Shown in pieces: positions 1 to 8,774 of a DNA stretch of 64,000 nt. Made by a program: the position numbers and the translations under genes. The DNA is from a virus (lineage: Duplodnaviria; Heunggongvirae; Uroviricota; Caudoviricetes), in IMG/VR virus record IMGVR_UViG_3300032053_000031; one strand, 5' to 3'. Each line of letters starts with the position of its first letter. Position 1 is the stretch's first letter. Below the pieces are notes generated by a model. It was not told the DNA's origin and ran no database searches. It saw only the letters and a list, made by a program, of their open reading frames with translations.

Positions 1-264
1 GAGACGGGAACCTTCAAGTCGGCCAAGCATGACAAGGTGAAGGGAGCTCTCGTTGCACGACATGAGTTCGAAGTCTTTCAGGTTATACTATGGAAGCTAG
101 ATGGAAGATGTGCCCTCGACCGTATGCAGGAGATAGCATGTGCTGGATTAGATGGCACTCTCGACGAATTTATATTCGAGACCTATATCAACTTCCAGAA
201 GGCTCACAATAGATTTCATTACACTGTTGAAGTGTTCAGAGTAGTTTTGATACCAAAAGAATAA
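1..264 (+). CDS. hypothetical protein, 5'-truncated at window edge
   Basis: Open frame runs from nt 1 to the stop at 262-264; the internal Met at 37 is in the ORF track. Confidence 0.3.
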   Translation, partial: ETGTFKSAKHDKVKGALVARHEFEVFQVILWKLDGRCALDRMQEIACAGLDGTLDEFIFETYINFQKAHNRFHYTVEVFRVVLIPKE

Positions 265-265
265 C

Positions 266-418
266 ATGAAGCCAATCTTCAAGTGCCCACGATGCAAAGT
301 CAGTCTCGATAGAATGGCGCCCGAACTGACTACAATGGATCACGAAGGGGATAAAGAAGTAGGTTGTTATAACTGTGCCGCGAAGGTCTTTCTTGTAGTA
401 TGGGAGGAGAAGGAATGA
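266..418 (+). CDS. small zinc-ribbon protein (50 aa)
   Basis: Short ORF not in the track; translation MKPIFKCPRCKV...GCYNCAAK has two CxxC pairs. Confidence 0.3.
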   Translation: MKPIFKCPRCKVSLDRMAPELTTMDHEGDKEVGCYNCAAKVFLVVWEEKE

Positions 419-642
419 GTCTACATATAGGCGATTGGGTTAAGATTCATTGTCCTGATTGTGATAACCAAATGCATGTGGGACCAATAACCCATATATG
501 GGAAGATGGCTATGAGATATTTATGGGTGTCGAAGAAGGGCATGAAACCTTTGGCTCTCAATATGTTTTAGTCATAATGACTCCTGAAGAGATAAAGACA
601 GCAAAGTTCATTAACACTATTAAAGGGAGGTACGAAATCTAA
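415..642 (+). CDS. hypothetical Cys/His-rich protein
   Basis: GGAGG at 403-407 precedes ATG 415, which is internal to track ORF 400..642; HCPDCDNQMH motif. Confidence 0.4.
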   Translation: MSLHIGDWVKIHCPDCDNQMHVGPITHIWEDGYEIFMGVEEGHETFGSQYVLVIMTPEEIKTAKFINTIKGRYEI

Positions 643-836
643 TGAAGCGCATGAGCATGAGGGAGTCGCTCGTGATCGTCCTAACCGCTCTGAAGAAGGA
701 TGGAAAGACCTCCGGCGAAGCTTGGGACATTCTTAGCGGACTCTTTCATGAGAATCAACTATCATACAAAGAGACCGCAGAGCTCGTGGATACAGTCTTC
801 CATCCATCTCAGATGCCCCCGTATTCGAAGTCATGA
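642..836 (+). CDS. hypothetical protein
   Basis: ORF abuts the upstream stop and overlaps the next gene by 4 nt. Confidence 0.4.
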   Translation: MKRMSMRESLVIVLTALKKDGKTSGEAWDILSGLFHENQLSYKETAELVDTVFHPSQMPPYSKS

Positions 837-1108
837 ACGGGTTATGCTGTATCATTAATACAGATGTCGAGTGTAGAATCTGTAATGGAAAATTCTGTGA
901 GAACTGTTGGGTGGCAGATAAGGAGCATACCCTCGTCTTTACGGATCAGATATCTCCCTACAGATGTGGTAACGTAAGAGCCACTATGTCCTGCAATGTA
1001 GAAGGACCATACTGCATATTGAAACTCGACGACAATAATATCGGGCTTATCGAGGTCCCGAAGGGGACCTCACTCCGCGAGATCGGCAATAAGCAGAAAA
1101 GGAAATGA
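833..1108 (+). CDS. LCC-family small Cys-rich zinc-ribbon-like protein
   Basis: N-term MNGLCCIINTDVECRICNGKFCENCW; matches family pattern LCC-x7-9-CxxC-x4-CxxC. Confidence 0.65.
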   Translation: MNGLCCIINTDVECRICNGKFCENCWVADKEHTLVFTDQISPYRCGNVRATMSCNVEGPYCILKLDDNNIGLIEVPKGTSLREIGNKQKRK

Positions 1109-1359
1109 CTACACCCAATCAAAATCTTTGCTGTTCACTGAACGGCATTATGGTATGTATGTTCTGCGGACGTCGATACTGTGAGGATTGTTTGAGGGAA
1201 CTACATAAGCGAACGGACTATACACCCAAGCCAGAAGATTTCAATCATATTGTTTGCCTGTGTAATATTAGAGGAGCTAAGAGATGGATGGATCTCAACT
1301 CAAGACTTCTCACACCTAGCGGAATATATAGACCCGTTCTAAAGAAAAGGAAGAGATGA
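1105..1359 (+). CDS. LCC-family small Cys-rich protein
   Basis: N-term ...NQNLCCSLNGIMVCMFCGRRYCEDCL; 4-nt overlap with neighbours. Confidence 0.65.
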   Translation: MTTPNQNLCCSLNGIMVCMFCGRRYCEDCLRELHKRTDYTPKPEDFNHIVCLCNIRGAKRWMDLNSRLLTPSGIYRPVLKKRKR

Positions 1360-1595
1360 ACGCTTACAACCTTTGTTGTCGTATCCATACTCTTGTATAT
1401 TGTAATGTATGTAAGAATCTTCTTTGTGAGGAATGTCTTAATAAAACACATGTCAAAGATCGTCTTATGTATTGTTCGGTCCATTCTAAAGATATTAAAT
1501 GGAAGACTGGTGCACTCTATACGAGTGGCCACTACGAACTAATTCCCATTGAAGGAGAAGATCCCTCTTCACATTGGCGGACGACATATACATGA
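1356..1595 (+). CDS. LCC-family small Cys-rich protein
   Basis: MNAYNLCCRIHTLVYCNVCKNLLCEECL. Confidence 0.65.
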   Translation: MNAYNLCCRIHTLVYCNVCKNLLCEECLNKTHVKDRLMYCSVHSKDIKWKTGALYTSGHYELIPIEGEDPSSHWRTTYT

Positions 1596-1756
1596 AGCGA
1601 CTTCAACTACATAAGTTCAAGGTAAGAAAAGTAGTTATACAAGGTAAAGAGGAATCTGTCGTTGATGCTCAGTGCCTCAAGTGTGGTGTATACATCTATA
1701 CACATCAGGACGTAATAGATAATCTCTTCTGCAAGGGAAAGAGGAAAAAGAAATGA
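1574..1756 (+). CDS. hypothetical small basic protein
   Basis: Track ORF; CLKCG motif and a Lys-rich tail. Confidence 0.3.
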   Translation: MADDIYMKRLQLHKFKVRKVVIQGKEESVVDAQCLKCGVYIYTHQDVIDNLFCKGKRKKK

Positions 1757-1850
1757 CCTGTCCACGATGTAGATCCAAAGAATACTATCGAGGCCATTGC
1801 GAAGACTGCCACTTTAATGAACGTGATGAAGAGAAAGAGATAAGTAATAC

Positions 1851-2105
1851 TTGGTTCATATGACATTTAATCCAGGAGACTTTGTAGTAGTAGATAAATG
1901 TGTCTGTGAATCTTATGGATGTTATCCCACTGGTAAGGTGGGTATTTATAGAAGCATTCACAAGGACGGAGAGGTACAGGTTGACTATGGCAAACCGGGT
2001 ATATTTAATATCCGTGTAAGAAGTATCATAAGGTTGGCAACACAGGAAGAAAAGAATAAGGCTTTATTCTTCTATGCTACAACCGGATATTATAATGAAC
2101 ACTAG
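1851..2105 (+). CDS. hypothetical protein
   Basis: Track ORF with no recognisable motif. Confidence 0.4.
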   Translation: MVHMTFNPGDFVVVDKCVCESYGCYPTGKVGIYRSIHKDGEVQVDYGKPGIFNIRVRSIIRLATQEEKNKALFFYATTGYYNEH

Positions 2106-2307
2106 GCCATATGAAGGTGAGGAAGCCACATGTTAATCTCTTTCAGACACTTTCTCTTCGACCTTCTCTTCGAGGATATCATTGAGGAGAGGGACTGTAA
2201 TCTTACCGTCTGTGATAAGTCTATTCAAAAGATCCTTGCCGAGCATGAAGATAGACTAGCCGCTCTGCAGGATGAAGTAGAACAGCTTAAGAAGAGAGGG
2301 GGATAAC

Positions 2308-2838
2308 ATGTGCACAGAATGTCTAGCGGAAGGGATTAATACATTGGAAATGATAAAGAGACATGCAATGGTCCCCCTACCCAACCACCCAGGCGATCCG
2401 CCCGAGGTGCCGCACAACGAGCCTGAGCCGAAAGAAGACAGATGGATATACAAGATTGAGCAACGTCCCTCTCGTGATGAAGCGACCGTAATGATAAATG
2501 AATTGGTCGGGCAGAAATGGGAAGTAGTTGATATCCAAGGTTATGCTGGCTCCCCAGGCTATATACTAGTTGTCTTTAAGAAGAGAGCTTCCATCGTTGC
2601 GAAGGAGAAGGAAGAGGAATCTAAGCTTGACGCTCAGGAGAAAAGTCTTATCCAGCGGGAGAAGAGTTTGGTACTTACAGAGAAACTCCTTACGGAAAGA
2701 AATAAGACGCTCGAGGAAAAGGAACAGCGTCTCATTCTTCTAGAAGAGAAGCTTCGGAAGATTCATGCAGGAATGGTTAACGAAGGCGTTTATATATCTC
2801 CGGAGATGAAGGAGAAGATTGGTCCGTTAATGAAATAA
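2308..2838 (+). CDS. hypothetical protein with C-terminal coiled-coil (E/K-rich heptads)
   Basis: 176-aa ORF; GGGGATAA RBS-like sequence upstream; KEKEEESKLDAQEKSLIQREKSL repeats. Confidence 0.5.
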   Translation: MCTECLAEGINTLEMIKRHAMVPLPNHPGDPPEVPHNEPEPKEDRWIYKIEQRPSRDEATVMINELVGQKWEVVDIQGYAGSPGYILVVFKKRASIVAKEKEEESKLDAQEKSLIQREKSLVLTEKLLTERNKTLEEKEQRLILLEEKLRKIHAGMVNEGVYISPEMKEKIGPLMK

Positions 2839-2845
2839 TTTTGTC

Positions 2846-2932
2846 GGGTAGGAGGCCATACGGGAATTGGCGGCGGACTGTAAATCCGCTGGGCGAGAGC
2901 CCACGTGAGTTCGATTCTCACCCTACCCACCA
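2846..2932 (+). tRNA. tRNA-Tyr (anticodon GTA), long variable arm, CCA encoded
   Basis: Acceptor gggtagg/cctaccc; anticodon stem gcgga/tccgc with loop ctGTAaa; T-arm gtgag-ttcgatt-ctcac; ends a-cca. Confidence 0.85.
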
Positions 2933-2936
2933 ATTT

Positions 2937-3010
2937 AGGCCTGTGGTGTAATGGTAGCACAAGGGTCTTTGAAGCCCTTAGATAGAGTTCGAGTCTCTAC
3001 AGGCCTGCCA
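2937..3010 (+). tRNA. tRNA-Gln (anticodon TTG), CCA encoded
   Basis: Acceptor aggcctg/caggcct; anticodon stem agggt/gccct with loop ctTTGaa; T-arm tagag-ttcgagt-ctcta; 4 nt after tRNA-Tyr. Confidence 0.8.
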
Positions 3011-3012
3011 AT

Positions 3013-3222
3013 ATGACAATAGGATTTGGATATAGTGGTCCCGGTGATGGTCGGCCGTTTTGTGGAGACGAACATAAGGAACTCATCATTGAACAAGCTC
3101 TCCATCCTAAGTCTTACTATGAAACAATATGGGAGTGGTCGAAGCTAGCTAGTACAGAAGAGCAAGTCGCTTTGGTTATTAAACTCTTAGATGTAGATAA
3201 GATGACTAAGGAGAAACGCTAA
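3013..3222 (+). CDS. hypothetical protein
   Basis: Track ORF starting 2 nt after tRNA-Gln. Confidence 0.4.
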   Translation: MTIGFGYSGPGDGRPFCGDEHKELIIEQALHPKSYYETIWEWSKLASTEEQVALVIKLLDVDKMTKEKR

Positions 3223-3464
3223 TGATCGAGATCCTACAGTGTCCTCATGGTGGCGGCCCGCTCCATCTGTTGGTCGACCTCTGGTGGGTCTTCGTCATAT
3301 GTGTTCCAGGCTTAGGCTTATTTCTCACCAAGATGAAGATCAAAGTTCGTGACTGCTTCTGCTGTAAGGGTCACGACAAGAAGTGCTGCGATCACGAGTG
3401 TGAGAAGGTCGAGCCTAAGTGCAACTGCAATGGTGTGTGCAACCCTTGCAAGTGCAAGCATTAA
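3222..3464 (+). CDS. membrane-anchored metallothionein-like Cys-cluster protein
   Basis: Hydrophobic N-terminal helix, then CFCCKGHDKKCCDHECEKVEPKCNCNGVCNPCKCKH (15 Cys in 36 aa). Confidence 0.5.
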   Translation: MIEILQCPHGGGPLHLLVDLWWVFVICVPGLGLFLTKMKIKVRDCFCCKGHDKKCCDHECEKVEPKCNCNGVCNPCKCKH

Positions 3465-3629
3465 CGATTTGATGTGGGGTGTGTCGCGAGACACATTGCA
3501 AGACGGACTGGGCCATGAACTCCTTACGAAAACGGACCATCAATCCAAGTAGTAAGGAACTAGCGATAAGCCCATTGCGCTGGAGACATTGTTGGGGTGA
3601 TACCTGACATACTTCTCCTGCCCACATCT

Positions 3630-3704
3630 GCCCAGTTAGCTCAACGGTAGAGCACTCCCTTTACGTGGGATAGGTTGTAGGTTCAAATCCTACACTGGGC
3701 ACCA
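3630..3704 (+). tRNA. tRNA-Val (anticodon TAC), CCA encoded
   Basis: Acceptor gcccagt/actgggc; D-arm gctc-aacggta-gagc; anticodon loop ttTACgt; T-arm gtagg-ttcaaat-cctac; ends a-cca. Reading depends on the stem register; an Arg(ACG) reading is rejected. Confidence 0.7.
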
Positions 3705-3712
3705 ATTTAACT

Positions 3713-4141
3713 ATGAACTTCAACGAGATAGTCGATAGCCACCTAAGAAGGTACATAGGTGGACAAGTCTTCTTTACTAGCATAGACTCGTTCATAAAGA
3801 AGAATGTCCAGCTATTCATACCCTTAGTAGAGAAGGCGGAGAAGCTATTTCCCAATAATCCGTTAGTCTTATCGGGAGAGTTCGGCCGTAAGATAGGATT
3901 GGGAAGGAACAGAAACAGAATAATACTTCCTGGTGGCTTGCGTCATATGACAAAGTTCGACAGTATAAGACTCGATAGACCCTTTATATTCGTAGACGAT
4001 AGTTTCTTTTCGGGACGTACTCTAGACGCTATCGAAGTTATAACAGGACAAAGATGCCTTAAGTCCTTCGTCGTCTACAATGGTAATAGAGAGAAGAGAC
4101 CCAACGTACAAGCAATGTTCAGATACTACGACTGGAGATAA
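3713..4141 (+). CDS. phosphoribosyltransferase-domain-like protein
   Basis: FIFVDDSFFSGRTL resembles the PRTase PRPP-binding motif (hydrophobic run, DD, then x-S/T-G-x-T). Confidence 0.35.
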   Translation: MNFNEIVDSHLRRYIGGQVFFTSIDSFIKKNVQLFIPLVEKAEKLFPNNPLVLSGEFGRKIGLGRNRNRIILPGGLRHMTKFDSIRLDRPFIFVDDSFFSGRTLDAIEVITGQRCLKSFVVYNGNREKRPNVQAMFRYYDWR

Positions 4142-4142
4142 C

Positions 4143-4370
4143 ATGGAGAGTGTAGAACTAGTGGACCTTGGTTGGGTGATGGCTAGAGCTAGACGTAACC
4201 CTGAAGGAAGTATTCTATCTCTAGTATTAGTATCTCCCTCCGACGGCCAGGAGAATGGATTCGAACCAGCCCAGTCAGTATGTATATTTGGACATACCAA
4301 TGTCAAGAAGCTCTCTGACTTTCTCAACCAACTAATGCTTCTTAGCAACGTGAAAGGATCTGGGGCATGA
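4143..4370 (+). CDS. hypothetical protein
   Basis: ATG directly after the upstream stop; internal to track ORF 4080..4370. Confidence 0.35.
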   Translation: MESVELVDLGWVMARARRNPEGSILSLVLVSPSDGQENGFEPAQSVCIFGHTNVKKLSDFLNQLMLLSNVKGSGA

Positions 4371-4579
4371 GTCTCTGTTGTCAAATCAATCCTTATGTAG
4401 TCTGTTACGGATGCTTAGTACATATGTGTATGGACTGTCATCAAAAATATAGCAGGGATAATCAAGGAGGTAGACCATACCATCCTCTTTATAATATCTC
4501 AAGGTATGGAGCCGCTATCTACAAAGAGAAAAAGGGAATGAAATTTACGTACGGCATTAAAGATGGATGCATAGAATGA
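4367..4579 (+). CDS. LCC-family small Cys-rich protein
   Basis: MSLCCQINPYVVCYGCLVHMCMDCH. Confidence 0.65.
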   Translation: MSLCCQINPYVVCYGCLVHMCMDCHQKYSRDNQGGRPYHPLYNISRYGAAIYKEKKGMKFTYGIKDGCIE

Positions 4580-4773
4580 AACTCTGTTGCATGGTCAATC
4601 CTGTTGGACAGTGTAGCCATTGCAAAGGAAAGTTATGTTGGGATCATATAGTAGATAGTAATATGAGGCCTGATTGCCCTTATTGTAATTACAAGTGTAC
4701 TATATATTCTTATCCTTTACGAATTCGATCTGGATGGTATCCAGATAGACTAGAAGAAATAAATTGGTTTTAA
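4567..4773 (+). CDS. LCC-family small Cys-rich protein
   Basis: MHRMKLCCMVNPVGQCSHCKGKLCWDH. Confidence 0.65.
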   Translation: MHRMKLCCMVNPVGQCSHCKGKLCWDHIVDSNMRPDCPYCNYKCTIYSYPLRIRSGWYPDRLEEINWF

Positions 4774-4783
4774 TGGAGGTTAT

Positions 4784-5170
4784 ATGGAGTCCTGGATGTG
4801 GAAAGAAGTACTTAATGTAGAGCAAGACGGTTCTTGGGTTGAAATAACTTGTGGCGCCTTTTGTGTCGGATATGTCTATGACGCCGATGCAGACTACTCT
4901 CACTCCGAACATAGATTTTATATCAACCATGAAGGATATATTTACGTACACAGTAATGGTTGTTCCTGTTGGGATAAAGAAGATGCTATAGAAGAATGGA
5001 AAGATAAAGTAGTCTTTAAGACAAAGGAAGAGCTTGTTTCCTTTGTCAAGCACGGCGACTACAGCGGGTATACCATTCCGCAAGACATAGTAAAGAAGAT
5101 ATGTGAATGTCTTGTGGGTGTAGAACTTATTCAGGCTATGAAGCGGGTGGAGAATAGCACCATACACTAG
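4784..5170 (+). CDS. hypothetical protein
   Basis: 128-aa ORF; GGAGG upstream. Confidence 0.5.
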   Translation: MESWMWKEVLNVEQDGSWVEITCGAFCVGYVYDADADYSHSEHRFYINHEGYIYVHSNGCSCWDKEDAIEEWKDKVVFKTKEELVSFVKHGDYSGYTIPQDIVKKICECLVGVELIQAMKRVENSTIH

Positions 5171-5178
5171 GAGGACAA

Positions 5179-5322
5179 ATGAAAAAGGAACAGGAAGAAA
5201 TGATGACCGTTGAGTATCTCAAAGCGTATAACATCCTCGGATACTGTGGATCGCATCCCTGGGTGAACCTTATTGCCATCGCAGTCGTCATCGGACTGAT
5301 GGTAGTTCTAAATCTGATATGA
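5179..5322 (+). CDS. small membrane protein (47 aa)
   Basis: Short ORF not in the track; AGGAGG 8 nt upstream; hydrophobic C-terminus LIAIAVVIGLMVVL. Confidence 0.3.
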   Translation: MKKEQEEMMTVEYLKAYNILGYCGSHPWVNLIAIAVVIGLMVVLNLI

Positions 5323-5528
5323 ACATAATGAAGGATGTTTGTATGTGTGGCCACGCGCGATGGTGCCACATAGACAAAGAAGGAAAGTTCATTCCTTGCA
5401 CTGAATGCAAGAAATGTTCTAAGTTCATGTTCTCCTTTCTTAAACAGAGTCCGATCATTCGGGTAGAGACTCCAGAGAAAAAGGAAGACAAATCACAGCC
5501 TTGGTGCAATCTCGGTGGAACAGAATAA
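5319..5528 (+). CDS. small Cys/His-rich zinc-ribbon-like protein
   Basis: CMCGHARWCH...CTECKKC. Confidence 0.4.
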   Translation: MNIMKDVCMCGHARWCHIDKEGKFIPCTECKKCSKFMFSFLKQSPIIRVETPEKKEDKSQPWCNLGGTE

Positions 5529-5751
5529 CCTCTGCTGTCTTATACATCCATATACTAAATGTAAATTCTGTGGTATAGGATACTGCAGCAATTGTTATCT
5601 TATTGTATGGGGAGCATCTCCCATAAAGGATGACGCTGGTTATCCTATTGATCCTCATTCGAATAACATATGGGATAAAAGAATAATGCCCTGTACTGTT
5701 AGAACGACATATATTAATAAACTTAGTCACTGGTTTGGTCCTACAAAATGA
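5515..5751 (+). CDS. LCC-family small Cys-rich protein
   Basis: MEQNNLCCLIHPYTKCKFCGIGYCSNCY. Confidence 0.65.
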   Translation: MEQNNLCCLIHPYTKCKFCGIGYCSNCYLIVWGASPIKDDAGYPIDPHSNNIWDKRIMPCTVRTTYINKLSHWFGPTK

Positions 5752-7136
5752 TAATCTCTGGGTCGCCTCTTCACAAAGTAATCGTAGCCTTACGAGAAGC
5801 TGGTGGTCTGCCTTTAGTCGTAGGTGGTGCTGTTAGAGATACCATTCTCAACAAGTCTATAAAGGACTACGACATCGAGATTCATAAGCTGAATGCGGAA
5901 CAGATAGAAAGGATTCTATCTCAGTTTGGTTCCGTAGACAAAGTGGGAGCAGCTTTCGGAGTCTTCAAGATCGCGGGATGGGATGTCGACTTTAGTGTAC
6001 CTCGTAGGGATAACAAGATAGGGAAGGGTCATAAAGGATTTGATACTGAGTGTGACCCTTTCATGGGAATCGACGAAGCAGCTAAGCGACGTGATCTTAC
6101 TATCAATTCGATGGCATATGATCCCATCGACAATAAACTCTTTGACCCATTCGGTGGTAGAGCGGACCTGGAGAAGAAGGTCTTGAGAGCGACGGATCCT
6201 AAGTCGTTTCTTGAAGACCCTCTTCGAGCTCTCCGCGCAGCACAGTTCGCTGCAAGGTTTGAGATGTGGGCTGATGTAGAGCTCACCGAACTTTGTAAGG
6301 AAGCAGCCCTCTCCGAGCTTCCAGGGGAGAGGATCCTTCCGGAGTTTGAGAAACTTCTGGTGAAGGGAAAGACACCTTCCATTGGTCTTAAGTTTATGCG
6401 TCGTGCTAATCTGTTAAGGTTCTTTCCAGAACTAGAAGTTATGGTAGGTTGTGAACAGGAGTATGAGTGGCATCCCGAAGGGGATGTATGGGATCATACT
6501 CTCTTAGTAGTAGATGCCGCTAGAGGATTAACGGATGACTTTATCGTGATGATGTCTGCACTGTGTCACGATATGGGAAAGCCGTTAACAACGAAGTTCG
6601 AAGATGGAAGAATACGTTCTTTAGGACATGAGGATGCTGGAGTAGAACCAACAAAGAAGTTTCTGGAAAGACTTCGTGCTCCAATAGACTTTACCAAAGC
6701 GGTTACTTGTTTGGTGAAGTATCATCTATCACCTCATCACTTCTATACGAACGGTGCATCTTCGAAAGCAATTCGTAGACTCGCAAGACATCTCGCAGAG
6801 GCTAGTCTCACTCTGCGGGAGATAGAAATTCTAGCGAGGTCTGATCATTATGGAAGGCGTACACCTGATGCTTGGACAGGAGAGTATCCTGCGGGCGATT
6901 GGCTTCTGGAGAAGATGAAAACGTTAGATATAACTTCTGTTCAGAAGGCAAGTAACTGCGTAGTGCTAGGACGCCACGTTCTAAAGCGACCAGGATTCAA
7001 ACCGGGAAAAATTATAGGAGAGATCTTGAGAGCTTGCCAAGAATACGAAGACGAAACAGGAGAGAAAGATCCTGATAGGATACTAGATACAGTCCTCTCA
7101 AAATTCAACTTCCCTGACCATAGAAGCGAGATATGA
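5748..7136 (+). CDS. cca: tRNA nucleotidyltransferase (CCA-adding enzyme) with HD domain
   Basis: LVVGGAVRD head-domain motif of class II polyA polymerase/CCA enzymes; RDLTINS; C-terminal HD motif (ALCHDMGK); 462 aa. Confidence 0.85.
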   Translation: MIISGSPLHKVIVALREAGGLPLVVGGAVRDTILNKSIKDYDIEIHKLNAEQIERILSQFGSVDKVGAAFGVFKIAGWDVDFSVPRRDNKIGKGHKGFDTECDPFMGIDEAAKRRDLTINSMAYDPIDNKLFDPFGGRADLEKKVLRATDPKSFLEDPLRALRAAQFAARFEMWADVELTELCKEAALSELPGERILPEFEKLLVKGKTPSIGLKFMRRANLLRFFPELEVMVGCEQEYEWHPEGDVWDHTLLVVDAARGLTDDFIVMMSALCHDMGKPLTTKFEDGRIRSLGHEDAGVEPTKKFLERLRAPIDFTKAVTCLVKYHLSPHHFYTNGASSKAIRRLARHLAEASLTLREIEILARSDHYGRRTPDAWTGEYPAGDWLLEKMKTLDITSVQKASNCVVLGRHVLKRPGFKPGKIIGEILRACQEYEDETGEKDPDRILDTVLSKFNFPDHRSEI

Positions 7137-7417
7137 GACAGCTATGTTGTTTAGTTAAAGGAGAATGGTTAGATTACTTTTGTCCAAAATGTCCATATCA
7201 TAATAAGTTGTTTTGTGGAGAACATGCACTAGGTGATAAATCATTTAAGCGTTGTCCCGCCTGCCATCGTATAATGTATTCTTCTACCACTATACTAAAT
7301 AGAAAGTACCTTTCATGTGAGGGTAATGATTGCGAGCACTGTGAATTTAATGTACCAAAGTGTCTAAGGAAATGGAGAAATGAAACGAAAAAGACTTCCA
7401 AAGAAACTAAAGGTTAG
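7133..7417 (+). CDS. LCC-family small Cys-rich protein
   Basis: MRQLCCLVKGEWLDYFCPKCPYHNKLFCGEH. Confidence 0.6.
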   Translation: MRQLCCLVKGEWLDYFCPKCPYHNKLFCGEHALGDKSFKRCPACHRIMYSSTTILNRKYLSCEGNDCEHCEFNVPKCLRKWRNETKKTSKETKG

Positions 7418-7534
7418 ACGTAGTTGGGGTAACCTTAATCCGGCAACAAGAGTTATCCAATCCAAAAAGAACTACAGCCGAGCAGCGACGCGGAGACAAG
7501 CTCGTCTCGACGCGGAAAGAGACTTCCTAGATCT

Positions 7535-7717
7535 ATGAAACCGAAGCTATGTTGTATCGTTAATCGCAATATAGATCGGGAACGCAGCTGCACTCATTGC
7601 CATGTTAGTCTCTGTAAAGACTGTGGTCTTCGTCACGTAAAGAATAGTTGGATACATTGCGATGAATGTATAGTCAAGTGCAAAGCATCCCCTTGCTTAG
7701 GAAAGAGCACGTTATAA
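7535..7717 (+). CDS. LCC-family small Cys-rich protein
   Basis: MKPKLCCIVNRNIDRERSCTHCHVSLCKDCG; paralog of 7958..8143 along its full length (WIHC[DE]ECIV). Confidence 0.65.
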   Translation: MKPKLCCIVNRNIDRERSCTHCHVSLCKDCGLRHVKNSWIHCDECIVKCKASPCLGKSTL

Positions 7718-7721
7718 ATAT

Positions 7722-7961
7722 ATGTCCCATTATATTCTTAGGACCTATAAAGGTCCTACCAAATTATGTTGTCTAGTCAATTATAAAAGAATGTGTACTT
7801 CATGCGGTCTTCGTCAGTGTCGTGAGTGTGAACATGAAGAGTACACGCTGCACGATGGGACGGACTCATACCGCTTTATATGGGATGTAAGAACTAAGGA
7901 AACGAATACGACTCCAGAATACTATAGGGTATGTGACGGTGAATTAACCTTCTTAAAATGA
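7722..7961 (+). CDS. LCC-family small Cys-rich protein
   Basis: ...GPTKLCCLVNYKRMCTSCGLRQCRECEH. Confidence 0.6.
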   Translation: MSHYILRTYKGPTKLCCLVNYKRMCTSCGLRQCRECEHEEYTLHDGTDSYRFIWDVRTKETNTTPEYYRVCDGELTFLK

Positions 7962-8143
7962 AACAGAAACTGTGTTGTATATTAAACTGTAATGAGGGTA
8001 TAAGGTGTACCTGCGTTCATTGCAAATCAAAGTTGTGTTATGATTGTGGCAGTCAACATGCAAGGGATAACTGGATTCATTGTGAAGAATGTATTGTTAT
8101 ATGTAATACCAAAATTGTATGCTCAGGAATGTTACCAATCTAG
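7958..8143 (+). CDS. LCC-family small Cys-rich protein
   Basis: MKQKLCCILNCNEGIRCTCVHCKSKLCYDCG. Confidence 0.65.
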   Translation: MKQKLCCILNCNEGIRCTCVHCKSKLCYDCGSQHARDNWIHCEECIVICNTKIVCSGMLPI

Positions 8144-8154
8144 GTAGATAAACC

Positions 8155-8475
8155 ATGAAACTCTGTTGCCAGATACACCCGACCATATGGTGCTTTGATT
8201 GTTATAAAGTACTGTGCGGAGATTGTTCCTATCAACATAAGAGACATACTTTTAAGTATGGAGTAGCCTATATTGCTACTCATACTGGTAAGAGCCACCT
8301 CAAGAGGTGGGTTGCTTTCAATAAGATTCTAACCGATTTGCAGGTAGAAGACTATATAGATTTTGGATGGGTAGATACACATGGTGGCCCAGGGAAAGCT
8401 TTTAAGGATGTAGATCTATCTATCAAAAGGTCGAGGTCATGGACATTAGTATCTTACTTGGATAAGCAATGGTAA
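8155..8475 (+). CDS. LCC-family small Cys-rich protein
   Basis: MKLCCQIHPTIWCFDCYKVLCGDCS. Confidence 0.65.
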   Translation: MKLCCQIHPTIWCFDCYKVLCGDCSYQHKRHTFKYGVAYIATHTGKSHLKRWVAFNKILTDLQVEDYIDFGWVDTHGGPGKAFKDVDLSIKRSRSWTLVSYLDKQW

Positions 8476-8774
8476 TCAATACAGATCCCTCGGTAATGTG
8501 TGAATGCTATAAGTGTAAATCAAAAAGGAAGAAGACATCAACATCTAAGCTTTGCTGTATTGTAAATAGTGCATTCAGGTGTCCTAGATGTGCCAGAAGG
8601 TTCTGTATAGATTGTTTATACTCGGAACATACAATTCCTAATATAATTACAGGATGTTCTTTCGATGTAACTCTATATTTTTGTTGGAAATGTTTCCGTG
8701 AATATCAAGACACAACATCTGCTAGAGAGCTCTGCTTGCACGAAAGTCTACGAGCATTCCTCCACAACCCATGA
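8469..8774 (+). CDS. LCC-family small Cys-rich protein
   Basis: LCC motif at aa 27: ...TSKLCCIVNSAFRCPRCARRFCIDCL. True start uncertain. Confidence 0.55.
   Translation: MVINTDPSVMCECYKCKSKRKKTSTSKLCCIVNSAFRCPRCARRFCIDCLYSEHTIPNIITGCSFDVTLYFCWKCFREYQDTTSARELCLHESLRAFLHNP

Noticed and set aside
1245-1532. Minus-strand ORFs scattered through the LCC arrays (for example 1245..1532, 4700..5167, 15889..16335, 16459..16710, 21113..21583, 31883..32263)
   Set aside because: The AT-rich antisense strand yields long open frames rich in I, L, F, Y and K, with no RBS. They overlap + strand genes that have conserved motifs, and the whole region shows overwhelming + strand bias.
3630-3704. Alternative reading of the third tRNA as tRNA-Arg (ACG)
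   Set aside because: With the D-stem (gctc/gagc) and the 5-bp anticodon stem register fixed, positions 34-36 of the loop tttacgt are TAC, giving Val. ACG would need a shifted, poorly paired stem.
6029-6382. Minus-strand ORF inside the CCA-adding enzyme gene
   Set aside because: It is fully embedded in a strongly supported + strand gene, and its translation is Ser/Ala/Arg-rich low-complexity.
7418-7534. Weak hairpin gagacaagctcgtctc in the gap between LCC genes
   Set aside because: Only a 5-bp stem with a 6-nt loop, which is not distinguishable from chance.
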